Assembly (NCBI GenBank): GCA_963674735.2
Contig: CAXXQS010000002.1
Location: forward strand, 512,001 to 576,000
Direction: 5' to 3'
DNA from: Myxococcota bacterium
Lineage (GTDB): Bacteria > Myxococcota_A > SURF-8
DNA: 64,000 bases
This document shows, piece after piece, positions 11,901 to 20,456 of the stretch (within the stretch, counting starts at the first letter, position 1; each line of letters begins with the position of its first letter). Both the position numbers and the translations under genes were made by a program. The notes beneath the pieces are model-generated. The model had not been told where the DNA came from. It did no database searches and was given only the letters and a program-made list of their open reading frames with translations.

Positions 11901-14900
11901 ACGGCGAGCTGATAGGCATCGTCGCCTTCGGCATAGCCGTATTGGATGGTCAACACATGAATGAGTTTATCGAAATCGCGGCGATCTTCGAAGATGGGCC
12001 GCAGGGTCTCGGCTACGATACGATCGGCTTTCCCTTCCTCGCGGAAACGGTCCATGGCGGCGAAGGCGGCGACATGCTGCGGATCTTCGGCCAGCACGGC
12101 GGCGTTGAGCTTGGCCGCTTCGTCGTAGTCATCGAGCCGGTCGGCGTGAATGGCCGCCAGGCGGACTTTGACGGCGATGCGCTCGGCCGGGTCGTCCACT
12201 TTCTCCAATTTGTCGAGCAAGGTCAAAACGGCGGCTTCCCATTGTTCGGCCGCTTCCTGCAGGCGCAGCAGTTCATCCAGCGCGCGCAGGTTGTCGGGAT
12301 CGCTTTCGAGCACGCGGTTCAGCAGCACCTGGGCCGAATCGTTTTTGTCGAGCCGTCGTTCGTAGACGTCGGCGATTTTAAACAGGGTCTGCGCCTTGTC
12401 GGCGGGATCCGGCTGAACGGCGGCCAGCTTTTCGCCGAAGGCGGCCAGCTGCACCCACTGTTCGGTTTGCTCGAAGAAACCGGCGACCTGGTTCAGGGTC
12501 TCGGGTTCATCGGGTCGCGTCTCGGCGGCGGTGAGGTAATGGTGCTCGGCCTGCTCGGCGTCCTGCATCCCTTCCCAGTAAAGCGCACCCAGGCTCAGCG
12601 CCAGTCGCACCTTCTGGTCGTCGTCGTCCACCGCACCCGCCTTGGCTTCCAGCAGATCGAGCAGATCGCTCTGCTTGCCCAGCTTGCGCGAGGCCTCCAA
12701 GGCCAGCTTGAGAAAATCGGCATTCTGGTAGGGGGTTTTCAAGCCCTCTTTGATCCACGAAAACGCATCCTCGGGTAACGAGCGATCGGTAAAGTAAAGA
12801 TCGGCCAGCTTGTGGCACAGCGCCCCGCGGGTTTCGGCATCCTCTTCACTGAGGATCAGCGCTTCATAACCGGCGGCCAGTTTGTCGAAGCGCTCCAGCT
12901 TGCGGTAATACGATTCCAGACCGCGGAAGATATCGTTGACCAGCACACCTTCGTTGAGCAGCTCTTCCAGCATTTCGATGGCGGGCAGGTGAGCGGGATC
13001 GGTATCCAGCACGGCCAGATAGGCTTTGGCCGCCCCTTCCGCATCGTCGAGGTTGCGACGGCGAATGTTACCCAGCTTGAAGTTGAGGTTGACCTTCTCC
13101 GGCAGCGAGGTAATGACTTCCAACTCGCGCACGATGACCGTCCCCAGCTCCTCCCATTGCGCGGCTTCCTCATGCAGCTCTTCCAGGCGTTTGAGGGCGT
13201 CGAGCTCGTCGGGATCGACCGCCAGGACGTCCTGGTAGGCGGCGATGGCGCTTTCGGCATCGATCAATTCCAGTTCGAAGATGCGCGCCCGCTCCATTAG
13301 CACGTCGCGGCGCTCTTCCATATCTTCGGTGATACGCGCTTTTCGATTCAGCACGTCCACCATGTTTTCCCAGCGAAGATCCTTGGAGTAAAGACGGCTC
13401 AAGGCGTCCAGCACATCCAGCTCGGCTTCGTCGTCCAGCAATTCCTGGTAGCAGGCTTCGGCATCTTCATACTGGCTGAGTTCGCGGTCGTAAATCTGCC
13501 CCAGGCGGAATTTGAGGCTGCGCCAGTTGGCGGGCTTGGGATCGAGATCGAGGACGCGCCCCAGAAGCGCCACCAGATCCTCCCAGCGCTCCAGTTCGAT
13601 GGTCAGTTCTTCGAGTTCGCCCCAAACCGCTTCGTCGGTCGCATCCAATTCGAAGGCGGCGGCATAGTGGGTGAAGGCCGGATCGAGCTTGCCCACCCGC
13701 GTGCGCAGCAATTCGCCCAGCTTCAATTCGAGCTCGCGGCGCTCGCCGTCGTCGGCGGCTCCGTCGAGAACCACGGGATACACGTCCAGCAGTTCTTCCC
13801 AGCGGCCGTTCTCCGTGTACAGCTCCACCAGCTTGCGGGCGGCTTCGACGGAAGCGGAATTCAACTCGCGTGCCTGCTCCAGATGTTGAATGGCGGCGGC
13901 AATATCGCCGGACTGGGTTTCGGCCAGACGCGCCAGGCCGAGATGCGTATCGAATTTGGAGCTGGCTTCATAACAGCGCCCCAGGCGATCGTTCAACAGG
14001 TCTTTGAGTTGATCCCACTGTTCGCGCTCGGCCAGATCGCTTTCCACCTGACGATAGGCTTCGTTGTGTTCGGCATCGAGTTGGATAATCTGGCGGTACA
14101 ATTCCAGGGCGTCGCTGCGGCGGTCCAGCTTGTCCAAAAACAGCTTGGCAGCCTTGTCCATCGCCTCCACCTTGAGCGGTTCTTCAAACGTACGCTCGAC
14201 GATGTCGCGGTAGAAATCGGCCAGACGCAGCCAGCTTTCGCTTTCGAGCAGGAAACGCTCGCCCAGCAGCATGGCGCGCCGGTTGTTGGCATCGAGAATC
14301 AACCCCTTCTCGATGGCGGACATGATGTCCTCATCGCGGTCGGGGGCGTAGAGGTAATAAATGGCGGCAACTTTGAGGTAAATCGCCGAGGCTTCGCGCT
14401 TGTCGGAAATATTGATGGCCTCTTCCTGGTAGCGGCGGGTGAGTTTTTCCCAGCGCTGATCGAGGGAATCCAGTTCTTCCAGGCGCTTCTTGGCCGCTTT
14501 CGACTTGGGTTGCAGCTCCAATACCTTATTGAGGTAGGTAACGGCACGCTCTTTCTCGAACGGATCTTCGGCCAGAGTGAGGCCGACTTCGAGATAAAGC
14601 TCGCCACGCGCTTTTTTATCGTCCAGCAGCGCGTCTTCGCGCTCCACCAGTTCGAGGGCGTGATCGACGTCGTAAACCCGGAAGTAATAAGCCTTGAGAC
14701 GGCGCAGCGAGTCGAGATGTTCGGGAGCGGCTTGTTGCGCGAGCCGCAGCGCTTCGACCTGCTTGCTTTCGTTGCCAAGCTCTTCCAGCCACAAAACGGC
14801 GGCCTCGGTGAAAAGATCGGCCTGTTCGTTCGGCGTTTCGCGATGTCCGGCTTCCTGTTCGAGCAGACGGATCAAGGCTTCCCACTGGCGGCCGTCGCGA

Positions 14901-15202
14901 TAGCGTTCCTTCAGTTCCTTCAACGCGCGGGCGTTGAGCGGATCGGCATCGAGCACCTTCTGTAAGCATTGCTCGACTTTGTCGAGTTTGGCCAGGCGCT
15001 CGGCATAGATATCGGCGGCTTTAAATAACAGATCGGGTACCTGTTGCGACCCGGCGGTGCGGCCGGCGCGCTCTTCGTAAATCGCAGCCAACTCTCCCCA
15101 TCGCTCCTGGTCTTGGTATATCGTCGCCAGCGCTTCGAAAGCCGGGACGTTATCCGGGGATGTTTCTAGGATTTTCAGGTAGTTCCGAATCTGTTTCTCC
15201 AT
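2969..15202 (-). CDS. Giant tetratricopeptide-repeat protein (4077 aa), AgmK/GltI-like
   Basis: Continuous TPR-like repeats (A..Y..VL..DP....AL..L..LY.....W..L). GAGGTG RBS before the ATG. Directly upstream of the GltJ-like gene, as in the myxobacterial agmK-agmX order. Confidence 0.85.
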   Translation of the reverse strand: MEKQIRNYLKILETSPDNVPAFEALATIYQDQERWGELAAIYEERAGRTAGSQQVPDLLFKAADIYAERLAKLDKVEQCLQKVLDADPLNARALKELKERYRDGRQWEALIRLLEQEAGHRETPNEQADLFTEAAVLWLEELGNESKQVEALRLAQQAAPEHLDSLRRLKAYYFRVYDVDHALELVEREDALLDDKKARGELYLEVGLTLAEDPFEKERAVTYLNKVLELQPKSKAAKKRLEELDSLDQRWEKLTRRYQEEAINISDKREASAIYLKVAAIYYLYAPDRDEDIMSAIEKGLILDANNRRAMLLGERFLLESESWLRLADFYRDIVERTFEEPLKVEAMDKAAKLFLDKLDRRSDALELYRQIIQLDAEHNEAYRQVESDLAEREQWDQLKDLLNDRLGRCYEASSKFDTHLGLARLAETQSGDIAAAIQHLEQARELNSASVEAARKLVELYTENGRWEELLDVYPVVLDGAADDGERRELELKLGELLRTRVGKLDPAFTHYAAAFELDATDEAVWGELEELTIELERWEDLVALLGRVLDLDPKPANWRSLKFRLGQIYDRELSQYEDAEACYQELLDDEAELDVLDALSRLYSKDLRWENMVDVLNRKARITEDMEERRDVLMERARIFELELIDAESAIAAYQDVLAVDPDELDALKRLEELHEEAAQWEELGTVIVRELEVITSLPEKVNLNFKLGNIRRRNLDDAEGAAKAYLAVLDTDPAHLPAIEMLEELLNEGVLVNDIFRGLESYYRKLERFDKLAAGYEALILSEEDAETRGALCHKLADLYFTDRSLPEDAFSWIKEGLKTPYQNADFLKLALEASRKLGKQSDLLDLLEAKAGAVDDDDQKVRLALSLGALYWEGMQDAEQAEHHYLTAAETRPDEPETLNQVAGFFEQTEQWVQLAAFGEKLAAVQPDPADKAQTLFKIADVYERRLDKNDSAQVLLNRVLESDPDNLRALDELLRLQEAAEQWEAAVLTLLDKLEKVDDPAERIAVKVRLAAIHADRLDDYDEAAKLNAAVLAEDPQHVAAFAAMDRFREEGKADRIVAETLRPIFEDRRDFDKLIHVLTIQYGYAEGDDAYQLAVRVASLYEEEFADYVKALEWYGKAFLDGRGVGLLKELALCATETNEQATFIILGDDKLEQELEDAERVSLLFALAETELAVLEDTDAARQRYLDILDVEAENEAAIDALIDLARARDDASELADLLEKKCAVAAEKNVRRESALEMADLRFRRLGDPDRSLEILSDLMEERENDPQVFDKMEEIYGDQERYADLLDLLERKLKYLREDDEILPVKIQIGSLLENNLDRRDEAMELYLELVRNYWNYPVVGALVDRLLAQDTTQLTIANEMEQKYIKVADWKRLVNVYEIQIRHEEDTQEKAKLLAKLSNIYQEKLQDPEKAFEGFARVFIDDCRNEAALEELEKLAGELGAWKELAEVYENAGTAAEEDDESTTLFIKAARLYEDILAFQEDSIRAYRKVLDRDRNNMTAIGALEGLCRKTERWEELRDIYLQRIELTEDIAEKKELYQNICILFEHQLDDPMGTTPYYEQVLDLTPQDIEVVDHLLGLYTQQEQWEKLAGLLAHKISLIDYPAEQNRLKLDKAVIHEERLDDFVTAKDLYKDVITVDSADEEALIKLEEYVERDEFQAELAQFMEPFYRDREDWNRMIDMQEHQFSHSDDIPERVRLLKAMAQAYEDRLDQTNMAYGVFTRAFRERPTDDFVQSELERLAGLLGMYEQLATLYLEEIDKLDSDTQAADMVDLLMNLAHITETYLQEVETAAGYYRHVLELHPDHPEALGYLERIYSLQKKWPELIEILESKNGITEGLEDKKNILFQICNIFEEELGQNLDAIGTYERMLEMDDSDDDVLRALVRLSTVESLWDKLIAMRSRQLEIAETDEQRWDLRYAIGMVYWEKVSDWQAAFDVFAGVLSENNAHPACREAMEGMLVESDSELAAARFMEPIYTKESLSAELIDVLAIQAEYADAGEPKRDLFLRMADLAEIELNLLDRAFAFTVSAFINDVPNEAIREQMERLAAETNRFDELAAAYRNRVAGNDDVALQVDVLLNAGRICLREQDDPAAAEADYSAARERQGDNLQALDALEEIFERLAKWEELVDVFFTKADLSEETAERIALYTRAAETREHQLSEPNGAVDCYLKVLDVDADHLPTLNQLDRLYAGLADWSALRGILARRVALADEKVEKLELTYRMGRVIEERLEDAAEAFDVYRSILDDDDEYLDAIRSLEHMIANLDLQSQVLDVLAPLFEAKGWWERLADLLESQFDTLGETAERIAVLGRIKSLYEHKLSDASRAFQVACRIFEEDFHDQDARLEMERLAVVTGGFEGLVNTYRAFFDQVADEALKLEILTKIARIYEEQLQNPEEAVESYRGVLKLDPKNFTAMLALDRLYEHLEQYSDLVELIPNQFELFDDPKEVIEQRLRLGALWEEKLQDNLTAIDVYRQVLDEQPDNAVALAALERLYEAEEEWPELIEIYKAEVRIARGDTKKARLYGKMAQVLYEKLGQAREAIPLWNRVLQFDEQNEQVMVKLEELYQHEEMWNELVAHYKKRLRGARGGQERAALTKRMAGVYRLRLEREDMATQLYLKVLEYTPDDLEVIDTLEEIYLANQNWRELAELLKRLVPKVQGDELRSLYLRLASIQVERIDNLAEGESLARQVLGMEPTLAELGRLERMFQNSPAHELHMEILEKQATASEDESDIVALNFRMADLWQDRLNNLDKTRQCLERVLSLRPGNLQAAELLEPIYRRDGAWTELIGILEIRLSEAFEKADQADLYRQMAEIYETRLQQPEQAFGALAEVFRRDPSDEALLAHLEELAESTGKHLELAHLVRDILPQIEADARLYRVLVMKVARLYEEKAENPDLAAEYFKMFLETGAYDDQAVDFLIDYYETIEDWQELVDAYHLKVPHMNLEQKVIVGVKVGHIFDTHLGETDRAIRTLQQVLKMDDACLEANDALIGIFQRLDRYEDLVEQLRHKLHMVIAEDEISAIRLSIARLYQERLDDLGQAKVYYRSIIADDPKHQEALDQLEHIYESEANYDELLEVLSRRVNVAEADADKLSIYRKMADIWETKFEQLDMAVNYLEKMLAIQPNNMEAIATLERIYREAADWPALASTYQRHIDQVIDADEIVRLYTEMGKIYGEYLFQPAKAIEYFQKALKIDETNLGVMRALSELYIANEKWDEAIETLDDLAGLADDKAERVDALARLGQLYLDNLGDREKAKAVFDRMVAEDPTFVPALRALRQYYAATENWPEFLRMVEEEKRYVEDPREKAELLYEEGRYYHDMERDVDGALTLYREALELADTFAPVLRVLGHIYFERQEWEAGQNVLARLLDLPDELTEADKAQVHYKLAYISEQQNDDSEALKHYTASYKLDSNNLATLEGLARALYKREDWERAFRVYQTILVRFRERKSVPELVELFCRLGEVNGQIEKNDVAVRMYEKALELDPESVRALKAIVFFYESLENWKKVLQFRSKLIKRLQGDELFEQWRAIGDVYSDRLDAPDKGLEAYRYALEIKANDVELLAKVSKLLVSAGNIEDAIGVLKSAVSIETDPDRLIFLDLELGNLLREHDENPEACLTYYNHALDLKPERLDVFEMIEDLLLKQENWEELDNNYRLMIARLPNEQAERRLDLWKKLGTLLADKAGNLDDAIKAWEVVAQLEPDNEEVQEHIADLYARSPEYREQAIAMHRSLIAKKPERINSYRALWKISFESEHFDEAFCFGSAVAALGETEVPAAAFYKENLHEVKREAINTLDRQLWGSLLLHEDARHNVGQILNILFHHMSGLMPSDLRKENLKKKDRLDLGEHLNFCTTTTYILKALGLPQPDIYTRKGYGPGVEPLPIRPAGLLIGADAFENYPQRELVFLVAKNAVLARPDFLTTLTLPAEQIRSLLDASTLLFDAGFKGKTDAKTAKNLSKQIDRALPKKLRPTLSGFVSEYAQIADDLDIDRWRRALVLSANRAGMLMCNDLSTAIETLKKHKSPVGKVSTDDLVADLIAFSISEAYFHLRNYLGFSIL

Positions 15203-15456
15203 ACCGACACCTCTTCCGCCTGCGGGGACTCATGCCCACGGTTGCCCATGGTTGCCCCCAAATAAAAGTTTGCGTTAACGCATACCCTTCTCAACAAACG
15301 CCCCACCGGGCGCGAGTGGTTGGATCCTTCGCGTGAGTGCTGACAGGGCGAATCCTGCGTCTCCGACTTCCTCTGGGATCACGCGCCGTTCGGTCACGGC
15401 GATTATGGTTTCAGCGTAAGATTCAGAGTCTGCAACTTGGTTACAGATCAACGCTA

Positions 15457-15484
15457 AAGCTAGCATTAATTCGAACATTGTCAA
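15457..15484 (-). promoter_or_regulatory. Sigma70-like promoter for the giant TPR gene
   Basis: Minus strand TTGACA-16 nt-TAGCTT with a TG extension, implying a leader of about 250 nt. Confidence 0.55.
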
Positions 15485-15761
15485 ATTAATTACCCCGAAC
15501 ATCGCACCTTCCGTCCACCCTCCTAAGAAAAAGACAAGTATGCGAAATATCACTCAAAATATAATCTTAATGAGACACGGAACAAGCCGGCTATTCCCTC
15601 GATTTTGCAGGTTTTCCCTTTCCGAAATTTACATCAATGTAGATTCTCCGGATCAATCGCCGGTCCACCGCGAACGGCAAGCGGCTTGTGTCGCAGCCGG
15701 GTTTATGGTACATCCTGGACAAAGCGAATCACACAACACTGCACTAAATGGGAGAACGGAT

Positions 15762-16526
15762 ATGCACGAAACCCTCGATATGAAAGGCAAAGTCGCCATT
15801 ATCACCGGCGCCAGCCGCGGTATCGGAAAAGAAATCGCCAAAGAAATGGCGCACCTGGGCTGCGACGTGGCCCTGTTGTCGCGCAAGCAGGAGGCGCTGG
15901 ACGTCGTGGCGGAAGAAATCCGTAAGGATTACGGGGTAAAAGCCCTACCGCTGGCCTGCCATTGCGGCAAAGCCGAGGCCATTGGTCCGGCGGTGGAGAA
16001 AATCGCGGCCGAACTGGGACGCATCGATGTGCTGGTTAACAACGCCGCCACCAACCCGCACTTCGGCCTGGCCATCGACGGCGATTGGGGCATGTTCGAA
16101 AAGATCTTGCAAACCAACGTGTTGGGTTACTTCGCCATGATCAAAGCGGCCGCCCCGCACATGGACAAAGTCGGCGGCGGCAGCATCGTCAACCTCACCT
16201 CCGTCGCCGGAATCAGCCCCATGCCCTTTATCGGCTTGTATTCGGTCTCGAAAGCAGCGGTGATCTCGCTCACCAAGACGCTGGCGCGCGAAATGGGCCC
16301 ACGCAACATCCGTATCAACGCGGTCGCACCGGGATTGATCGACACCGATTTCTCCAAGGCGCTGATTTCCAATCCCACGATCCTGGAAGAGGCGCTCAAA
16401 AGCCACGCCATCCACCGCGTGGGAAAACCCGACGAACCGGCCCGGGTGGTGGCGTTTCTGGCCAGCCCGGCGGCGAGCTTCGTCACCGGCGCGATTTACA
16501 CCGTGGACGGCGGCAGCACGATCTGA
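15762..16526 (+). CDS. Short-chain dehydrogenase/reductase (SDR, DHRS4/FabG-like)
   Basis: [17 protein letters not shown] and NAVAPG motifs. Start moved to the ATG at 15762 after GGGAG. Confidence 0.92.
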   Translation: MHETLDMKGKVAIITGASRGIGKEIAKEMAHLGCDVALLSRKQEALDVVAEEIRKDYGVKALPLACHCGKAEAIGPAVEKIAAELGRIDVLVNNAATNPHFGLAIDGDWGMFEKILQTNVLGYFAMIKAAAPHMDKVGGGSIVNLTSVAGISPMPFIGLYSVSKAAVISLTKTLAREMGPRNIRINAVAPGLIDTDFSKALISNPTILEEALKSHAIHRVGKPDEPARVVAFLASPAASFVTGAIYTVDGGSTI

Positions 16527-16562
16527 CCGACGCTCAAGCAGCAAGCCTGTAACCGGATACCG

Positions 16563-16622
16563 GCCCGCTCACTCGGAAGACTCGCTCAAGGCGGCATCTT
16601 CGCACGAGGAGCGGGCTTTTTT
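16563..16622 (+). terminator. Extended hairpin terminator after the SDR gene
   Basis: GCCCGCTC...GAGCGGGC with nested inner stems, followed by a T run. Confidence 0.55.
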
Positions 16623-16632
16623 CTTGCCACGT

Positions 16633-16662
16633 TAGGCAGGAACAGGGTTCTGTCCGGCTCCG
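16633..16662 (-). repeat. Solo degenerate copy of REP family A
   Basis: 27/30 identical to the reverse complement of 40705-40734. Confidence 0.75.
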
Positions 16663-16953
16663 ACGGAAAGTGAATAAACTTTCTCTCATACACATCCATT
16701 TAACAGGGAGTATGCATCCCTTTATTGCGCCTGCCCCAGTACTCCCACCATTCGACCCATCCGCCACTGTAACAAGCGGAGCTATCGGACATATTTGTCG
16801 CACTTGCTGTCCGTTCCGCCGGGTTGTCGAGTCCTTATCCATGCAACAACAGTAAATTTACATGCACATACAGACTTGGCTTAGGTTTTGCAAATGTCAC
16901 GACCGCAACAAGCAAACCGGACGGTAAAAGCAGGATAACAAGGGAGGCATGAC

Positions 16954-18948
16954 ATGTATGTCGCAAAATTCGTGAACTCGATCACACTCGCTTCACTATT
17001 GCTAATCACGATTCTGATTTTATCGACCTGCGCCGGAGACAGCGAAAAGGAAGAACAGGATACTCCTAATCTCGATGGCGATGCACTCGATTACGGCGAC
17101 GCCGAATGGGATCGCGCCCCCCTGAATGTCCCCGGTGGCGAAGGGGACGCATCCAGTTTCCCCGACTGGGGAGACGAACCGGATGGCGATTCTCCCGACG
17201 GCGACTATTGGACGGATCCCGATGGCGATAATGAGCAGGCGGATGACGATTGCCCGGAAGTCGCAGCCTGCCAAGCGCCAGCTTGGTGCGCAGACGATAG
17301 CACCATCCTGGTCTGCAGCATTCAGTCGGACCCCGATCGGCCCGAGTGTCTCGCACAAACACTCGATCCGGTAACTTGTGAAGACACTACAATCTGTTTG
17401 GAGCCGGATGGTGACGCCGATTTCGAGGTCAACTGCTACTCGCCGGATGGCGATGCGGACCATGCCGAAGACACCGAGGATGCCGAAAACATCGAGAGCG
17501 CCGACGATGAATCGGCCGAAAGAGAGGGCGAGAGTTTGCGCGCACGGCCTCTCGATGCCCAAGCAACGCAATGCCCCGACATCCCGGAACCGGTTATTCT
17601 TTACATGTCCAACGATGATTCGAATTCGATGGCCTCCCCCATTCTGTGTCGAGCCAAAATTCTCGCGGGTCATACAGTCTGGCCGGACGAAGTTCGCATT
17701 CACGAGTTTTTAAACTACTATGATCTGAGCTACGAAAATCCCGAGAACAAACCCGTTTCGGTTGCCATGCAAATGCGGCGCAGCAACGCGGACACCGGCG
17801 AGTTCACCCTTTTGCTCTCGGCCCAGGGTCGCCGAGTCACCCCGTCCGCCCGGCGACCGCTCAACTTGGTTTTCTCGCTGGACATCTCCGGTTCAATGAG
17901 TGGTGAACCCATTCAACGCGTACGCGACATCCTTGCGGCCATCGCTTCCATCCTGGACAAAGGCGACGTTATCTCGGTAGTGAAATGGAGCAACGAACCG
18001 AGCGTACCGCTCGAATCCTACAAGGTTCAGCAAAACAACGATCCGGTATTGCTGGATCTGGCAGCGAGCTTGGAGACAGGCGGCAGCACCGACCTTCATG
18101 GCGGATTGGTGCGAGCATACCAGTTGGCCCAGGACAACTATTCCGCCAACCGCATAAACCGCGTGATCATGATTTCCGACGGCGGAGCCAATGCGGGCGT
18201 CACCGACATCAACATCATTGCCGAAGCGGCCGCCGATGAAAACGGCGAGGGTATCTACATGGTCGGTATCGGCGTCGACGATTCGCCGACCAGCTACAAT
18301 GACTATCTCATGAACGAAGTTACCGACGCGGGAAAAGGCGCTTACGTATACATCGACACCGCCGAAGAGGCCCACCGCATTTTCGGCGACGGCACCCGCT
18401 TCCTGTCGATAGCCGAGGTGATTGCTCGCGATGTGCGAATGGAATTGACAATGCCCTGGTACTTCGGGATGAAAGAATTCCATGGTGAAGAGTACTCGGA
18501 GAATCCCGAGGAAGTCGAACCCCAGCATCTGGCACCCAACGACGCGATGAGCTACCATCAGATCATCAAGGCCTGCGATCCCACATTGATCCATCCCGAC
18601 CATATCATCGAAGCCGAAGTCACCTTTAAAGACCCCATCACACGCACCGAAGTGAGCGAAAAACACCAGATGACCATTGGCGATCTCGTTACCGCGAACG
18701 CCAGCCAACTCTACAAAAGCGATGCAATCGTGAGCTACGCCCAAAGTTTGATCGTCATCGGCTACCTGGTTAGCACCGAAGAGTATATCGGAGCGTATGA
18801 AACCGCGCTCGGCATGAGTGGCTGGCTCGAACAGGCGGCTTCGGAGCTGGAGGACGCGGAGATCGCCGAGATCACCCAATTGATGCAATTTTATACGGAG
18901 ATCCTGGCCGATTATCTACCCGCCGATTCCCAACTGAGCGGGAATTAG
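16954..18948 (+). CDS. Secreted/lipoprotein von Willebrand A domain protein (YfbK-like) with acidic DGD linker
   Basis: Signal peptide with Cys, DGD-rich N-terminal region, MIDAS DISGSMS, INRVIMISDG.ANAG, and EFLNYY. Confidence 0.85.
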   Translation: MYVAKFVNSITLASLLLITILILSTCAGDSEKEEQDTPNLDGDALDYGDAEWDRAPLNVPGGEGDASSFPDWGDEPDGDSPDGDYWTDPDGDNEQADDDCPEVAACQAPAWCADDSTILVCSIQSDPDRPECLAQTLDPVTCEDTTICLEPDGDADFEVNCYSPDGDADHAEDTEDAENIESADDESAEREGESLRARPLDAQATQCPDIPEPVILYMSNDDSNSMASPILCRAKILAGHTVWPDEVRIHEFLNYYDLSYENPENKPVSVAMQMRRSNADTGEFTLLLSAQGRRVTPSARRPLNLVFSLDISGSMSGEPIQRVRDILAAIASILDKGDVISVVKWSNEPSVPLESYKVQQNNDPVLLDLAASLETGGSTDLHGGLVRAYQLAQDNYSANRINRVIMISDGGANAGVTDINIIAEAAADENGEGIYMVGIGVDDSPTSYNDYLMNEVTDAGKGAYVYIDTAEEAHRIFGDGTRFLSIAEVIARDVRMELTMPWYFGMKEFHGEEYSENPEEVEPQHLAPNDAMSYHQIIKACDPTLIHPDHIIEAEVTFKDPITRTEVSEKHQMTIGDLVTANASQLYKSDAIVSYAQSLIVIGYLVSTEEYIGAYETALGMSGWLEQAASELEDAEIAEITQLMQFYTEILADYLPADSQLSGN

Positions 18949-18979
18949 CGCTGTTGCTTGCAGGCTCTCCCACCCACCC

Positions 18980-20275
18980 CTACTCCTCATCCGGGGCCGG
19001 GCCGCGCTCTTCCTGGATATCCACCCAGGCGTCGAGGTCGTTGGCGATCAACGCCGCCAGCCAGCCTGCCATCGTCACCTCGCCGATACGGGTGGTTTCC
19101 AAACCACCCAGCACCACGTTGCTCATCAGATCGGTCAGGGCTCCCTCCGGCAGTTCCACCGCGCCCAGATCCGAGCCGATGATGCCGCTCGGATCGGCCA
19201 GCAGTGACGTGTGCTGTTTGCCGTCCGTGATGAAACGCCGGAAACGGTCGGGATAAGCGGTATGAATGCGGTCGGTCTGGGCCTGCAACGCATCGGCGTA
19301 CTGACTCCCCGGAATTTGCAGGAAGACGCCCGCCAGAACGCCGTCGTACCAGGAGGAATACATCCCGATGCGCAGGTTTGCATCGCGTTCCAGGAACCAC
19401 GCAAACAACCCGGTCAGGTGACCGTTGTCCAGGCAAAGGGGGCAATCCTCGGGAATGAAGCGCTGAACGTTGAACTCATCCAACAAAACCTGCATGTACG
19501 CGTCATCGCCGTCGCGTCCGATGCCGATGCCGGAATCCGCCATCATGATCAGCTCGGTATCCGGGTAGTAATGCCGCAAAAGCGGTCCGGCCAGCAGCAA
19601 TCCGTAAGCCCCCCCGGACGATCCCGCCAGCAGGATGCGTTTGGGCTGCGGGAATTGCTGCGCCACCACCTCGAAAGCGCCGGTCAGATTGGCCAGTCCG
19701 TGGTGGTAACGCGCCCCATTGTCGTAGATATTGTCGTCGTACTCGGCATCGCCCACAAACATGGAGCCATCGCAGTAAGGCAGGTAGACCATATCCCAGT
19801 CGGCCACCGGATTTCCCTCGAACTCCGGATTCATGATCTCAACGTCCGGGATGCCCTCGAACGCCCCCGTCACCGCCAGACAAAACTCGGACCAGCACGC
19901 GCCGCCGCCCTGCAGGAAAATAAGCAGGTTGTCCGAGTCGCTATCGCGCACGCTCGTCGTGTAGTCGGCGCCGCGCATGCACAGGGGCCCCTGATCCGGG
20001 TCGAAGGTGTAGGTGGTGACGCCCCCCTTTCGGCTGTACTCGATGGGGTCGATTTGTCCGACGTACTGGGTCAAGCCCAGCGTCTCTGCCAACGACGGCT
20101 CGCCCTGTTCCGCATCGCCGTCTTCGCTGTCCCCGTCGGAGGTGTCTCCGTCTCCAAGCTGGTCGGCGTCGCCGTCCGTTTCGTTATCATCCGTCCCACT
20201 GTCCAAGCAGCCCGACGAAAGACAGACAAGCCCCGCTACCAAAGCCAAAGTCAACCAAAGGGGGTGACGCGTCAT
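18980..20275 (-). CDS. Pectinacetylesterase-family lipoprotein (alpha/beta hydrolase)
   Basis: Lipobox SSGC, DGD linker, LIFLQGGGACW, YLPYCDGSMFVG and GSSGGAYG. Start at ATG 20275 after GGAGG. Confidence 0.85.
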   Translation of the reverse strand: MTRHPLWLTLALVAGLVCLSSGCLDSGTDDNETDGDADQLGDGDTSDGDSEDGDAEQGEPSLAETLGLTQYVGQIDPIEYSRKGGVTTYTFDPDQGPLCMRGADYTTSVRDSDSDNLLIFLQGGGACWSEFCLAVTGAFEGIPDVEIMNPEFEGNPVADWDMVYLPYCDGSMFVGDAEYDDNIYDNGARYHHGLANLTGAFEVVAQQFPQPKRILLAGSSGGAYGLLLAGPLLRHYYPDTELIMMADSGIGIGRDGDDAYMQVLLDEFNVQRFIPEDCPLCLDNGHLTGLFAWFLERDANLRIGMYSSWYDGVLAGVFLQIPGSQYADALQAQTDRIHTAYPDRFRRFITDGKQHTSLLADPSGIIGSDLGAVELPEGALTDLMSNVVLGGLETTRIGEVTMAGWLAALIANDLDAWVDIQEERGPAPDEE

Positions 20276-20456
20276 GGCACATTCCTCCAAGATGGGTGCA
20301 AAACAATTCGGGTCGTGAAGTCGATGTCGTAAGCATAGCCCAAGTCGGAAACAATGAAAAGAATATTTACGCGCTGTCTTATTCGCTTGCCGACCGGGCA
20401 TATGTGCGGTGATCGTCCCCCGGCTTTTCGTTTCGTCGCATCCGGCATTTCAATTC

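Noticed and set aside
3002-14965. Very long plus-strand ORFs (e.g. 7427..11788, 1453 aa; 4589..6907)
   Set aside because: Antisense shadows of the TPR gene caused by GC-rich codon bias. They have no motifs or RBS.
15270-15450. 6S RNA, SRP RNA, RNase P or a known riboswitch
   Set aside because: Diagnostic motifs are absent, and it forms short serial hairpins rather than a long rod. Kept only as an unknown leader.
16905-16935. GCAAACC resembling a c-di-GMP-I riboswitch
   Set aside because: Lacks the GNRA-capped P2 stem and the GACGCAAAGC segment.
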